Part shown: piece after piece, positions 7,666 through 17,600 of the stretch | Layout: the number at the start of each line of letters is the position of its first letter | How positions within the stretch are numbered: the first letter of the stretch is position 1 | NCBI GenBank assembly: GCA_016191085.1 | Contig: JACPPJ010000031.1 | Location: forward strand, 261 to 64,260 | Source of the DNA: Acidobacteriota bacterium | GTDB taxonomy: Bacteria; Acidobacteriota; Terriglobia; 2-12-FULL-54-10 | DNA: 64,000 nt | Direction of reading: 5' to 3' | The notes under the pieces: generated by a model | What the model was told of the DNA's origin: nothing | What the model saw: only the letters and a program-made list of their open reading frames with translations | Databases searched by the model: none | Made by a program: the position numbers and the translations under genes

Positions 7666-8475
7666 GGAGATGCTCCCCAGCGCGTGATATTCGGCCAGGC
7701 TACCAACCTCAGCCGAACCATGCATGACATCCGCTACAGCGCCAAGCGCGATGAGATCTATGTGACCAATCCGTTCGGACAAGCGGTCTTAGCGTTCCGC
7801 GGCACCGCAAGCGCCAACGAGGCGCCGATCCGCGTCATCCAAGGACCCAAAACGCAGCTCGGCAGCGAGGATACCCTGGAGATCGATGATATACACGATG
7901 AGATCCTGATTCCCACCGAGGATCGGATCCTGGTTTATCCAATTGATGCGAACGGCGACATCGCGCCGCTGCGCGTCATCAAGCCGGAGAACAATTACTG
8001 GAGAACTGGCGGCGGCATCGCTGTGGATCCTATCCACAACGTATTAGTGACCGACGGAACACTGCCCGGAGAGGAAACCATTGCCAGCGGACGCGCTGCG
8101 CGCGCCAATCGCCGCGATAGTATTCTGATCTTCGACCGCACCGCAAACGGCGAGGTCAAGCCGCTGCGTGTCATCCGAGGGCCTCGGACCGGCATCAAAG
8201 CGATACGCCAGATGCAGATCTATCCGAAGAACGGGTATATCGTGATCGCGCAGATAACCGATGGCGCTATCGCGGAGCCGGAGGGGACGTTTGTCGGTGT
8301 CTGGAGCATTAACGACAGCGGAGATGTCCCGCCGCGCTGGAAGATTGAAGGCAAGCCTGGCAATGGTATGAAGAAACCGCGTGGCGTCGCATTGAACCCA
8401 AAGCACAAGGAATTAATCGTCTCCGATATGCGACTCAACTCCGTCCTGACGTACTATTTCCCGGAGATGTTCTAA
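7654..8475 (+). CDS. Beta-propeller repeat protein, C-terminal part (locus A); conserved coding sequence actually begins at 7621, right after the TGA
   Basis: The ORF-track ATG is at 7654. The 33 nt upstream (VAHPQIAAFAR) are in frame and conserved in the paralogs. The blades continue through to the C-terminal YYFPEMF. Confidence 0.8.
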   Translation: MAKGGDAPQRVIFGQATNLSRTMHDIRYSAKRDEIYVTNPFGQAVLAFRGTASANEAPIRVIQGPKTQLGSEDTLEIDDIHDEILIPTEDRILVYPIDANGDIAPLRVIKPENNYWRTGGGIAVDPIHNVLVTDGTLPGEETIASGRAARANRRDSILIFDRTANGEVKPLRVIRGPRTGIKAIRQMQIYPKNGYIVIAQITDGAIAEPEGTFVGVWSINDSGDVPPRWKIEGKPGNGMKKPRGVALNPKHKELIVSDMRLNSVLTYYFPEMF

Positions 8476-8488
8476 CGCCGCCGCGACC

Positions 8489-8516
8489 CGGAAGTAAATT
8501 AAGCTCAGTTCCGGGC
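8489..8516. terminator. Hairpin between convergent genes (possible bidirectional terminator)
   Basis: A 7-bp stem cccggaa…ttccggg lies between the stop at 8475 (+) and the relA/spoT stop at 8527 (-). Only a weak T tract is present. Confidence 0.3.
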
Positions 8517-8526
8517 GAGCAAAAAT

Positions 8527-10758
8527 TTAGAGGGACGGCGCCGATTTCGATGGCGGGGCTTTGTGGATGCGTTCCACGTCGCGCACTCCTTGGATCTTCC
8601 GCATAGCGGTTATGAGGCGCTCCAGGTGCTTTTTATCCTCGATATCTAATGTCAACGCAATGGTGGCATCGCCGCCGCTCCCTACTTTGGTTTCAATCTT
8701 TCGAATGTTCGTCTTCTCGGAGATGGCCGCCGTCAATTCTTTTAGCAAACCGGGACGGTCTTTGGTGCGTATAGCAAGCTGCACCGCGTAAGCCTCTTCG
8801 CCGGAGGCCCACTCGACCTCGATCCTCCGCTCCACCTCGTAAAGCAGGCTCTGTACGTTTGGGCAGGTCTTGGAATGCACGGCCACGCCTTTGCCGCGCG
8901 TGATGTATCCAACAATTTCCTCGCCGCGGATCGGCTCGCAACATCTTGCGCGATACACCAGCATGTTGCCGTAACCCTTCACCTGAATGGCACCATCTTT
9001 CGATATGCCCAGCGCCTCGCTAAAGGTTTTGGCCAGCGACCTTTTCTCTGGAACATCTTCATGAACGTTTTCGGGGAAGATTTTCGCCAGTACCTGCCGG
9101 GGAGAGATCTTGCCGAAGCCCACGGCGCAGTAAAGCTCGTCAGCTTTTGGCCACCCTAAAGAGTGCGCCGCCTTGAGCAGATCATCCGCAGGAACCTTCT
9201 TCCAAGCGACGTGGAAACGGCGGCTCTCCTTTTCGAGCAGCTTCTTTCCGAGCTCGATGGCATTGGCCTTTTCGTTAGTTGTAATCCAATGTTTGATCTT
9301 GTTTCGCGCGCGCGACGATTTGACAAACGCCAGCCAATCGCGGCTGGGGTGAGAGCCTTTCTGCGTGACGATCTCGGCGATGTCGCCGCTGCGTAGGCGA
9401 TGACGCAAGGGCACCAGCTTCCCATTCACGCGAGCGCCCGTGCAGGTGTTTCCCACTTCAGTGTGGATGGCGTATGCGAAATCCACGGTAGTGCCGTCGC
9501 GAGGTAATACGATGACTTTCCCCTTGGGTGTGAAGGTGTAAACCTCGTCCGGATACAGATCAATCTTCAGCGCAGAAAGGAATTCGGCCGGATCGGACAA
9601 CTCCTGCTGCCATTCGATCAACTGCCGCAACCAGGCCATGCTCTTTTCGTCGGCGGGCGATGAAGGGCCGCCCTCCTTGTATTTCCAATGCGCCGCGATG
9701 CCTTCCTCAGCGGTGCGGTGCATCTCTTTGGTCCGGATCTGGACCTCGAACGGCTGGCCGTTGCTGCCGATGACGGTTGTGTGCAGCGATTGATACAGGT
9801 TGGGCCGCGGCATGGCGATGAAGTCCTTGATGCGACCCGGTATGGGAGGCCACAAATGATGAATGACACCAAGCGCCGCATAGCAGTCATTCACGCTCTC
9901 CGTGATGATGCGCACGGCGAGCAGATCGTAGACCTGGTTCATCTCCGACCTTTGTCGCTTCATCTTTTGATAAATGCTATACAGCCGCTTGATGCGCCAA
10001 TCCACCGCGGCTTGAATGGCGTTTTCTTTTAACTTCTCGTCAATGGTGGAAGAGACTTCCTTCAGGAAATCCTCACTGGCCCGGCGCTTGGCTTCCACTT
10101 CGCCCTCGATCTCCTGATACGCGATGGGGTCAATGTAAGCGAAGGCGAGGTCCTCGAGCTCACCGCGGATCTTCCCCATTCCCATGCGGTGCGCCAGAGG
10201 CGCGTACAACTCGAGCGTTTCCTGCGCGATCAGCTTTTGCTTCTCCGGAGGCAAATACTGTAACGTGCGCATGTTGTGGAGCCGGTCGGCCAGCTTGACC
10301 AGGATCACCCGCAAGTCGTCAACCATGGCAAGCAGCATCTTGCGAACGTTGTCGGCCTGGCGCTGCTCTCTGGTAGTGAAATTCAGGCGGCTGATCTTGG
10401 TGACGCCTTCTACCAGGTGCGCGATTTCCTCACCGAATTTCTCGCGCAGTTCATCAACCGTTACGCTGGTATCTTCGACAACATCGTGCAGCAATGCAGT
10501 GGCGATGGTGGATACGTCCATGCGCAGGTCGGCAAGGATATGTGCCACTTCCAGGGGATGTGTCAGATACAGCTCGCCAGAGAGACGGACCTGCGACATG
10601 TGGTAATGTGCCGAGAATTGGTAGGCATGACGGAGCAGGTCGAGGTTCTCGTTCGGCCGGTTCCGCTTAATTTTTTTCAGCAGGTCGCGAAACTTCGTCA
10701 ATGTAAGAAGATTCGTTGAGAAGGCCTGCCGAAACGATGTTGGTAACGAGGTGGACAT
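8527..10758 (-). CDS. relA: Bifunctional (p)ppGpp synthetase/hydrolase, RelA/SpoT family
   Basis: 743 aa. It has an HD domain (HPLEVAHILADL…LLHDVVEDT), a RelA_SpoT synthetase core, a TGS domain and a C-terminal ACT-like region. Confidence 0.95.
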   Translation of the reverse strand: MSTSLPTSFRQAFSTNLLTLTKFRDLLKKIKRNRPNENLDLLRHAYQFSAHYHMSQVRLSGELYLTHPLEVAHILADLRMDVSTIATALLHDVVEDTSVTVDELREKFGEEIAHLVEGVTKISRLNFTTREQRQADNVRKMLLAMVDDLRVILVKLADRLHNMRTLQYLPPEKQKLIAQETLELYAPLAHRMGMGKIRGELEDLAFAYIDPIAYQEIEGEVEAKRRASEDFLKEVSSTIDEKLKENAIQAAVDWRIKRLYSIYQKMKRQRSEMNQVYDLLAVRIITESVNDCYAALGVIHHLWPPIPGRIKDFIAMPRPNLYQSLHTTVIGSNGQPFEVQIRTKEMHRTAEEGIAAHWKYKEGGPSSPADEKSMAWLRQLIEWQQELSDPAEFLSALKIDLYPDEVYTFTPKGKVIVLPRDGTTVDFAYAIHTEVGNTCTGARVNGKLVPLRHRLRSGDIAEIVTQKGSHPSRDWLAFVKSSRARNKIKHWITTNEKANAIELGKKLLEKESRRFHVAWKKVPADDLLKAAHSLGWPKADELYCAVGFGKISPRQVLAKIFPENVHEDVPEKRSLAKTFSEALGISKDGAIQVKGYGNMLVYRARCCEPIRGEEIVGYITRGKGVAVHSKTCPNVQSLLYEVERRIEVEWASGEEAYAVQLAIRTKDRPGLLKELTAAISEKTNIRKIETKVGSGGDATIALTLDIEDKKHLERLITAMRKIQGVRDVERIHKAPPSKSAPSL

Positions 10759-10788
10759 AAATTAGAAGCGGCTACGGCCCCGCCCGCC

Positions 10789-10830
10789 CGGAAAAGAAAA
10801 AACCCTGAGAGGCACCAGCCCCTCAGGGTT
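10789..10830 (-). terminator. Rho-independent terminator after the tonB-exb-TPR operon
   Basis: On the minus strand, the aaccctgag…ctcagggtt 9-bp stem is followed by TTTTTTCTTTTCC. It lies directly downstream of the TPR gene stop at 10865. Confidence 0.55.
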
Positions 10831-10864
10831 CATTATAAGCCAGTAGCTACCGAGGAGAAGAGAC

Positions 10865-11662
10865 TTACCCCTGGAGAGTACCAGGTGCCTTGGCGGCCTT
10901 CTGCTTCTTGATCTCCAGTGTCTTGTCCATCCACGAATCAGCAGTCTTGAGGTCCGCGTCCCGCATTTCGGGCGAGTCCGCCAAGTCTGCCTTCTCGCGA
11001 TAGAGCAGGTTGAGATAAGCCATGGCATCGTCGTAATCGGGCCGCAGCTCAATGGCCTTGTTCAGCGAGTTCATGCCTTCTTCGATAAGAGGTAGGTTCC
11101 TCTCGGCGAGCGCCTGCCGCTCTTTAGCATCTTTGATGGCCTGGTCGGGTGGTATCTTCAACCGTGTCTTCAGCTCGATACGCGGTTGGTACGCCAGCGT
11201 CCAGTCGATCACTCCCACCGAGTACCAGGCTTCGGGATTGTTCGGATCCACCGCCAGCTGCCGCTTGTAATACTCTTTAGCCTCGTCCATCCGTTTCATC
11301 TGGAAGTACAGGTTCGCAATGCCGGTGATGCTGCCGACATTGTTGGGATCGTCCCGCAGGACCTCGTGAAATTCGGAGATGGCCTGCTCCGCGATCTTAA
11401 CGTTCTCTTCCTGCTCCGAACCAGGCACGTACTGATTGGCGTAAGCGGTGGCGAGATATAGCTTGGCATTCAGTAGCGTTGGATCGAGGTTTACCGCGCT
11501 TTTAAAGTGCTCAATGGCAAGCTGATATTTTCCCTCTTTATAAAACGCCACACCCTTATTCAGTTGATCTCTGGCTTGCAGTTTTGCACACCCGGAGGCG
11601 GACAGTAGCAGGCCAGCTACAATAGCGCATGCTAGCCACACGTTCTTTTTTAGTAAGTTCAT
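10865..11662 (-). CDS. TPR-repeat lipoprotein
   Basis: Lipobox signal (MNLLKKNVWLACAIVAGLLLSASGC) followed by multiple TPR-like repeats. It is the last gene of the tonB/exb operon. Confidence 0.8.
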   Translation of the reverse strand: MNLLKKNVWLACAIVAGLLLSASGCAKLQARDQLNKGVAFYKEGKYQLAIEHFKSAVNLDPTLLNAKLYLATAYANQYVPGSEQEENVKIAEQAISEFHEVLRDDPNNVGSITGIANLYFQMKRMDEAKEYYKRQLAVDPNNPEAWYSVGVIDWTLAYQPRIELKTRLKIPPDQAIKDAKERQALAERNLPLIEEGMNSLNKAIELRPDYDDAMAYLNLLYREKADLADSPEMRDADLKTADSWMDKTLEIKKQKAAKAPGTLQG

Positions 11663-11777
11663 CCTGAGACTCTCCGACTGAGAATTGCCCGTTGCGGCTG
11701 ACGGGCCTCCACAACTCAGCCGCCAGTCAGCCGTCGCTCGGCGGCTTTCGAGTGGCCACGTTCAATGGATTCCCCGC

Positions 11778-12203
11778 TTAGTTACCCTCTTCAAGTCTTT
11801 GAGTGATCAACCCGACCTTGTCTATGCCGGCGCCCTTGGCGATATCAATGACAGTGGCGACGGACGAGAACATGACGTCGGGATCACCCTTGACGAAGAT
11901 CACACGCTCGGCACGGGTTTTGAAAATATCAATCAACCTGGAGCCGAGTTGGTCAATCGTGACATCATCCTGGTTAATTTTCAGCCGGTTGTCTTTATCT
12001 ACCGAAACCACGACGGTACGGATATCCGGCTCATTTGCCTTATCTGCATTCGGATTGGGCTGGGGCACCAGCGCATCCAAACCTTTCGGGACCAAAGGGG
12101 TAATCACCATGAAGATGATCAGCAGAACCAACAAGACGTCGATGAGCGGCGTCATGTTGATATCTGAATTAACTCCCTTGTGCCCTCCGACTGCCATTGA
12201 CAT
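11778..12203 (-). CDS. exbD: Biopolymer transport protein ExbD/TolR
   Basis: 141 aa, with INMTPLIDVLLVLLIIFMV and a periplasmic domain typical of ExbD/TolR. Confidence 0.85.
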   Translation of the reverse strand: MSMAVGGHKGVNSDINMTPLIDVLLVLLIIFMVITPLVPKGLDALVPQPNPNADKANEPDIRTVVVSVDKDNRLKINQDDVTIDQLGSRLIDIFKTRAERVIFVKGDPDVMFSSVATVIDIAKGAGIDKVGLITQRLEEGN

Positions 12204-12309
12204 AACGATTCCTCCCTAATCTGGCCGCGCCTGGTGTGGTGAGCGGCGCCCACCCTGTAACCGGATAGGCGCGCGTTTAGCCAGGAGCGGAGCGGCAGCA
12301 CCCTGGCTC

Positions 12310-12747
12310 TTAAAGAGCCAGCCGTCTGGCCCTCTCTTCCACTTTCTCGGTGAGAAGCCCGAGTTGGTCTACGCCGGCGGACCGCACCTCGTCAACAGCT
12401 TTGACCACCGTTTCGAACTTAGCGCGCGCATCGCTCTTGATGTAGACGGTCTTGTCTATACGCTGCGAGATCATGTCGCGCACCTGGTTCGTCAGGTCTT
12501 CAAGTTTGATCTGGTCGCTGCCCAGGTAGATTCGGCCGTCGCGTGTAACAGCGACCACGACGGCGTCCTCTTTATCAGCGTCTGGCATAGAGCGCGGATT
12601 GGCGGATCTTGCCAAATCCACGCTAACGCCCTTTTGCAACATCGGAGTGACCACCATGAAGATGATCAGGAGCACCAGCATGACATCAACCATCGGCGTG
12701 ACGTTAATGTCAGAGGTCACATCCTTTAATTGTCTTCCGATTGCCAT
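12310..12747 (-). CDS. exbD: Biopolymer transport protein ExbD/TolR (second copy)
   Basis: 145 aa, with INVTPMVDVMLVLLIIFMV. It is a paralog of the downstream exbD. Confidence 0.85.
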   Translation of the reverse strand: MAIGRQLKDVTSDINVTPMVDVMLVLLIIFMVVTPMLQKGVSVDLARSANPRSMPDADKEDAVVVAVTRDGRIYLGSDQIKLEDLTNQVRDMISQRIDKTVYIKSDARAKFETVVKAVDEVRSAGVDQLGLLTEKVEERARRLAL

Positions 12748-12758
12748 GAAATACTCCC

Positions 12759-13499
12759 TTATCTCTTCACAGCGTTGGCGGTGCGCCGCTTAATGAAGTA
12801 GTCCACCAACTCCGACGATGAGTTGTCCATCTCCACGTCGAAAGCTTCCATCTTGGACGTGAAGTAGTTGAACAGCCACACGGCCGGAATAGCAACGAAC
12901 AATCCGATAGCCGTCGCCACCAGAGCTTCGGAAATTCCGCCGGCGACCGCCGCCAGACCTGTAGATTTCTCACTCGAGATGCCTTTAAACGCGTTGATAA
13001 TGCCAACCACCGTTCCGAATAGTCCCACGAAAGGGGCAGTAGCACCGATGGTAGCCAGACCGCTGAGTCCGCGCTTCAACTCCGCGTGAACAATTGCTTC
13101 GGCGCGATCCAGTGCCCGTTTGGAAGCTTCTATCTCTTCACCCGAAAGCTCTGCGCTCGCCTGGTGTGCCTGAAATTCCTGCAGCCCTGCCGTAATGACT
13201 TTGGCAAGATGTGATTTCTTGTGCCGCTCGGCAACATGAATGGCCTCTTCGATCTTGCCATCGCGCAACGCGCCCGCTACAAGTGGAGCAAACGTGCGCG
13301 ATTGATTGCGGGCGGCGGAGAACGCCAGCCAGCGATCAATCATGACACCGATCGACCACGCGGACATGATGAACAGTGAGATCACGACGAGACGTGCCGG
13401 CCAGCCCATCTGACGCCACAACGCGAGCGGATCCCATCCTACCGCCGCGGCTTCCTGCAATAACCACATAGCTGCCAAATTTAACTTCGCTCCTAACAT
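12759..13499 (-). CDS. exbB: MotA/TolQ/ExbB proton-channel protein
   Basis: 246 aa, with a conserved C-terminal TM pair (ATIGATAPFVGLFGTVVGIINAF…AGGISEALVATAIGLFVAIPA). Confidence 0.85.
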   Translation of the reverse strand: MLGAKLNLAAMWLLQEAAAVGWDPLALWRQMGWPARLVVISLFIMSAWSIGVMIDRWLAFSAARNQSRTFAPLVAGALRDGKIEEAIHVAERHKKSHLAKVITAGLQEFQAHQASAELSGEEIEASKRALDRAEAIVHAELKRGLSGLATIGATAPFVGLFGTVVGIINAFKGISSEKSTGLAAVAGGISEALVATAIGLFVAIPAVWLFNYFTSKMEAFDVEMDNSSSELVDYFIKRRTANAVKR

Positions 13500-13636
13500 T
13501 TTCGGTTCTCCTCCTCAAGAGCCATTGGCTCCGTTGATTCTTGGCTCCGGCTCGCTGCTGGAATGGCGAGGACCGGTTTATTTTCGGATCGTGACCTAAA
13601 TACAACTGCCGCCCGGGGCCGCACTGCGCGTGACAA

Positions 13637-14368
13637 TTACCCGCCCAGGGTGAAATTCACATCGACCGTAGTGACGACTTCGACAGGAACGCCGTTCAGC
13701 AAGGTAGGCTGATAGCGCCATTGCTTCACAGCCTCCAGGGCCGCCTGAATTAGCAGTGGGTGGCCGCTCACTACAGTCAAATTCTCGATTCTGCCGTCCT
13801 TGCTGATTACCGCCTCTAGCTTGACCGTGCCCTGAATTCGGGCCTGCCTCGCCAGGGGAGGATAGACCGGTTTGGGTTGTGCTACGAGCTTCGCTCCTTG
13901 CACGGCGCCACCCACGCGGATACGTTCCGCTTGCGGCGGCGGAGGCGGCGGAGGCGGCGGCGCGGCAGCGATCAAGCCGCCCAGAACACCGCCGGTAGCT
14001 CCTCCAATCGGTCCGGTTCCCCCGACTACGCCGGATGCCAGCGTTGATGGCGGGGGCGCTTCTTCCTTAATAATGGCTACCTGTTTGGGGATAACCTTTG
14101 GCTGCACCATCTCCTGCGGGGCGGGTGCTACCTTGGGTTTAATCACTACCTTGGGTGCCGCAGCCGGCGGTGGCGGCGGCGGAGGCGGAGGCGGGGGGGC
14201 CATCAGGAACGTGAGCAACTCGCGCTTCGGGAGGGCCTCCGTGTAAATCAGGGGAATCAAAATCATGATTCCCGTTATAACGCATTGGAGCACGAACGAG
14301 GCGAAGACCGTGAATTTCTTCTTGGTCTTCACTCTACCCGCTGATTCGAAAAGACTGTCTTCAAACAT
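13637..14368 (-). CDS. tonB: Energy transducer TonB
   Basis: It has an N-terminal TM anchor, two poly-proline tracts, and a C-terminal TonB domain (YPPLARQARIQGTVKLEAVISKDGRIENLTVVSG…). Confidence 0.85.
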   Translation of the reverse strand: MFEDSLFESAGRVKTKKKFTVFASFVLQCVITGIMILIPLIYTEALPKRELLTFLMAPPPPPPPPPPPAAAPKVVIKPKVAPAPQEMVQPKVIPKQVAIIKEEAPPPSTLASGVVGGTGPIGGATGGVLGGLIAAAPPPPPPPPPQAERIRVGGAVQGAKLVAQPKPVYPPLARQARIQGTVKLEAVISKDGRIENLTVVSGHPLLIQAALEAVKQWRYQPTLLNGVPVEVVTTVDVNFTLGG

Positions 14369-14614
14369 CTCGAGCTACCCTCTGCACCCTCCGAACGGGT
14401 GCCAGTGATTCAGACTCCAACTCTGCAGCGCCGCATTGCGGCATATCACTATTGCAACTCTAATTCACATTCGTCGATCTGTAAGAACCACTCTCCCGGG
14501 CAGGCCCAGCCGGAACCAACGACGCCACGGCTGAAAACTCGTATGGCACTGAACGGTCCCACAGAGTAATCCAAATTCCCGCGAATGGCAACAGGTCTTT
14601 TGCCCCGAGCGCAC

Positions 14615-15913
14615 TCACGCCTTTACTTTCGCGCCAGCTTGTGCGCGTCTGGCCCTGGCCTGATCGCGCTCCATAGCAACGACCCTGCCGCCGCGCCTGT
14701 CCCGATTATTGTACTCCTGCCAACTCGCAACCAGGGTGCTGGCCACCGCAATCGACGAATAAGTTCCCACCAGGATCCCGACCACAAGCGTAAACGCGAA
14801 GCCGCGCAGAACCTCCCCACCGAATAACAACAAAGCTAGCACCGAAAGAAAAGTCAAACCGCTGGTCAAGGCCGTCCGGCTGAGCGTCTGGTTAACGCTC
14901 AGATTCACAATGTCCGAAATGCTGTCCCTCCGCATCAACCTTACGTTCTCGCGGACACGGTCGAAAACCACGATTGTATCATTCACGGAGAAGCCGACCA
15001 GCGTAAGTAACGCAGCGATGACCGTGAGCGTAATCTCCTGATTGAACAGCGAGAGGAAACCCACGGCGACGATCACGTCATGAAGCGTCGCTATAACCGC
15101 GGCAAAGCCATAGATCCACTCGAACCGAAACGCGATGTAAATCAGCATGCTCGCCAGAGCCAGGAGCGTCGCGTTCAGCGCCTGCTTGCGCAGCGCCGCG
15201 CCCACCTTGGGGCCGACGATCTCTACGTTGCGCACGGCGAAATCGGAGAGCGTAAAACTATTCTGCAGGGCTGCGACAACTTGCGGCGTTACGCCCAGTA
15301 CTTGGCGCACTTCGTCAAAACTGCCCAGCAACCCGCTCCGCGGCGGCGTATCGCGATACTCGAGGATGCTTTGCGCCAACTGCCGGATCTGGTCGCCGGA
15401 AAGCGCATTGCGCACGGCCTCATCGGCCGATAACTGTTCCACAACGGAGGCAGCGCTGGCCTCATTCAAACTGGGTTTGGCACCCCCGCCAAATTCCTTC
15501 CTCAAAGCGTTTACGATCGACTGCTTGCCTGCCTCAAGATCCGTCTCGCTGGTGGATGACAGATCCAAGCCCACCAGAATCTCAGTTGAGTTCTCCGCAC
15601 CATATCTTTGCAATGTGCTATTGCGTAGGCCCTGCGTATCTAACGCGGCGCGCAGGCGGTCGAGTTGCGGCGCCTGGCGGAACTTCACGTGCACCATGGT
15701 CCCGCCTCTAAAATCAATTCCATAGCGCGGGCCGCCCTTGACAAGCAAGGAAGCCACGCCCAACCCGCTCAACAGGAGAGACAGGCCGACAAAATACCAC
15801 TTATTACGGATCCAATCTATCTTCGGATTGCGAAAAAACTCCATCTTTCCACTGCTCGATCCGGAGTGCCGCGGTTCCAGCCCACAGAACCTGTCTATGA
15901 ACTCTTTAGACAC
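14615..15913 (-). CDS. secF: Protein translocase subunit SecF
   Basis: GIDFRGGTMVHVKF plus the SecD/SecF C-terminal membrane domain. It lies immediately downstream of secD. Confidence 0.9.
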   Translation of the reverse strand: MSKEFIDRFCGLEPRHSGSSSGKMEFFRNPKIDWIRNKWYFVGLSLLLSGLGVASLLVKGGPRYGIDFRGGTMVHVKFRQAPQLDRLRAALDTQGLRNSTLQRYGAENSTEILVGLDLSSTSETDLEAGKQSIVNALRKEFGGGAKPSLNEASAASVVEQLSADEAVRNALSGDQIRQLAQSILEYRDTPPRSGLLGSFDEVRQVLGVTPQVVAALQNSFTLSDFAVRNVEIVGPKVGAALRKQALNATLLALASMLIYIAFRFEWIYGFAAVIATLHDVIVAVGFLSLFNQEITLTVIAALLTLVGFSVNDTIVVFDRVRENVRLMRRDSISDIVNLSVNQTLSRTALTSGLTFLSVLALLLFGGEVLRGFAFTLVVGILVGTYSSIAVASTLVASWQEYNNRDRRGGRVVAMERDQARARRAQAGAKVKA

Positions 15914-15959
15914 TCCATAAAATAAAAAGTTCCCAGCGGGAAACGGTCGCCCCGGCCGC

Positions 15960-17579
15960 TTAGATACTGAGCTCCGCCGCGCGGGGCTTCCGTCGCAGGA
16001 GATAGTCGAAAATCACTCGGGAAACAAAGATCGCGGTGAAGACGTTCGCTACCAGGCCGATGCTCAACGTGACCGCAAACCCTTTGACCGGTCCCGTTCC
16101 GAACAGGAACAGGAAGAATGCCGCGATCAGGGTCGTCGCGTTCGTATCGATGATGGTGAGAAATGCTTTGCTGAAGCCCGCATCCACACTGGAGACCACA
16201 GTCTTCCCATTGCGCAATTCTTCGCGAATGCGCTCAAAGACAAGGACATTGGCGTCCACCGCCATACCGATGGTCAGAATCACGCCAGCGATGCCGGGCA
16301 GAGTCAGCGTAGCCCGAATATACGCCAGCGCCGCCAGGAGGATTATCAGGTTCAGGAACAGAGCTACGACGGCATTGATTCCGGATACACGGTAATACAG
16401 CACCATGAAGAAAATGACTGCTGCCAGCCCGACCAAAGAAGCCACTATTCCCGCGCGAATCGAATCTGCGCCCAGTGAAGGGCCCACGGTCCGTTCTTCG
16501 AGATATCGCATGGAGGCCGGCAGAGCACCTGCGCGCAATACCAGTGACAGATCGCTGGCGCGCTGCTGGCTGAAACGGCCGGTGATTCGGCCGGAATCGT
16601 CAATGCGGCTGCGAATCGTGGCAACGGACTGGATTTTGTTGTCCAATACGATAGCCAAGCGGTTCCCGATGTTGTTCTGTGTGAAAGTGCCGAAACGGCG
16701 GGCGCCATCCGCTGTCAGTTTGAAGTCTACTTCGGGGCGGTTGTTTTCATCGCGCCCCGGGCTGGCTGTCCGCAGATCACGGCCGGAGACGGCAGGCATG
16801 CGGTTGACAAGGTACCATTCGTTGGCAACTGAGCCACTAGCGCCTTCAGGCCTTTCTACCGATTCCAGCAACTCCGTTCCCGGCGGGAGGACGCCACCCA
16901 ACTGCGAAAGAGCCTGCTCGCGAGAGGGGTACGGGCCGTCCTTGACCTCGGTGATCTCCAGCATCGCCGTCGTCTGCATGATCTCTTTGACGCGGGCAGG
17001 ATCGTCAACGCCCGGCAATTGCACCAGGATCTCGTACTCTCCCTGGCCACGCTCCTGGATCGTCGGTTCACTCACGCCCAGGCTATCAATACGGTTTCGG
17101 ATAGTCTCCAGAGCCTGTTGCAGGGTGCGTTCGCGGAGCTCAGCGGAAGCCGGTTTGCGCAATGTTAATTGATAGGCGCCACCTTGCGTTTGACTGTAGG
17201 TCCAGGTCGGCTCAGTTTGATCAATCGCCTCTCGGAAGGCACTGGTCTGCTCGACAGGGATCCCTTGCACCAGGATTCCACCATCATCGTGGATATCGAC
17301 GGCATCAATTCGCGTTATGTCGCCGTAGGTTATTTGCTTCTGCTTGAAGGTTGCTTTCAGCCGTTCGATGGTCTGATCGGCCTCCGCATTGATGGCGTCG
17401 TTGACCATTACCTGAAGGACCAGGTGGGTGCCGCCGCGGAGGTCCAGGCCAAGGCGAATGCGCTGCTGCAAATTCTCGCGCAACTCACGCCCATTCTTGG
17501 GAATCCCGAAGATTCCCCACAGGCATACTAGAATGATGACGACTATAAAGACGGTTCTCTTGAGAAGATTCTGAGCCAT
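15960..17579 (-). CDS. secD: Protein translocase subunit SecD
   Basis: 539 aa, with LGLDLRGGTHLVLQV, a large periplasmic domain and a C-terminal 6-TM module. Confidence 0.9.
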   Translation of the reverse strand: MAQNLLKRTVFIVVIILVCLWGIFGIPKNGRELRENLQQRIRLGLDLRGGTHLVLQVMVNDAINAEADQTIERLKATFKQKQITYGDITRIDAVDIHDDGGILVQGIPVEQTSAFREAIDQTEPTWTYSQTQGGAYQLTLRKPASAELRERTLQQALETIRNRIDSLGVSEPTIQERGQGEYEILVQLPGVDDPARVKEIMQTTAMLEITEVKDGPYPSREQALSQLGGVLPPGTELLESVERPEGASGSVANEWYLVNRMPAVSGRDLRTASPGRDENNRPEVDFKLTADGARRFGTFTQNNIGNRLAIVLDNKIQSVATIRSRIDDSGRITGRFSQQRASDLSLVLRAGALPASMRYLEERTVGPSLGADSIRAGIVASLVGLAAVIFFMVLYYRVSGINAVVALFLNLIILLAALAYIRATLTLPGIAGVILTIGMAVDANVLVFERIREELRNGKTVVSSVDAGFSKAFLTIIDTNATTLIAAFFLFLFGTGPVKGFAVTLSIGLVANVFTAIFVSRVIFDYLLRRKPRAAELSI

Positions 17580-17600
17580 TCCTTACCTAACTACGTAATT

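Noticed and set aside
13900-14210. Two runs of GGC/GGA triplet repeats (ggcggcggaggcggcggaggcggcgg…).
   Set aside because: They are the reverse complement of CCN codons encoding the two poly-proline tracts of TonB. They are neither a tandem-repeat locus nor a CRISPR array.
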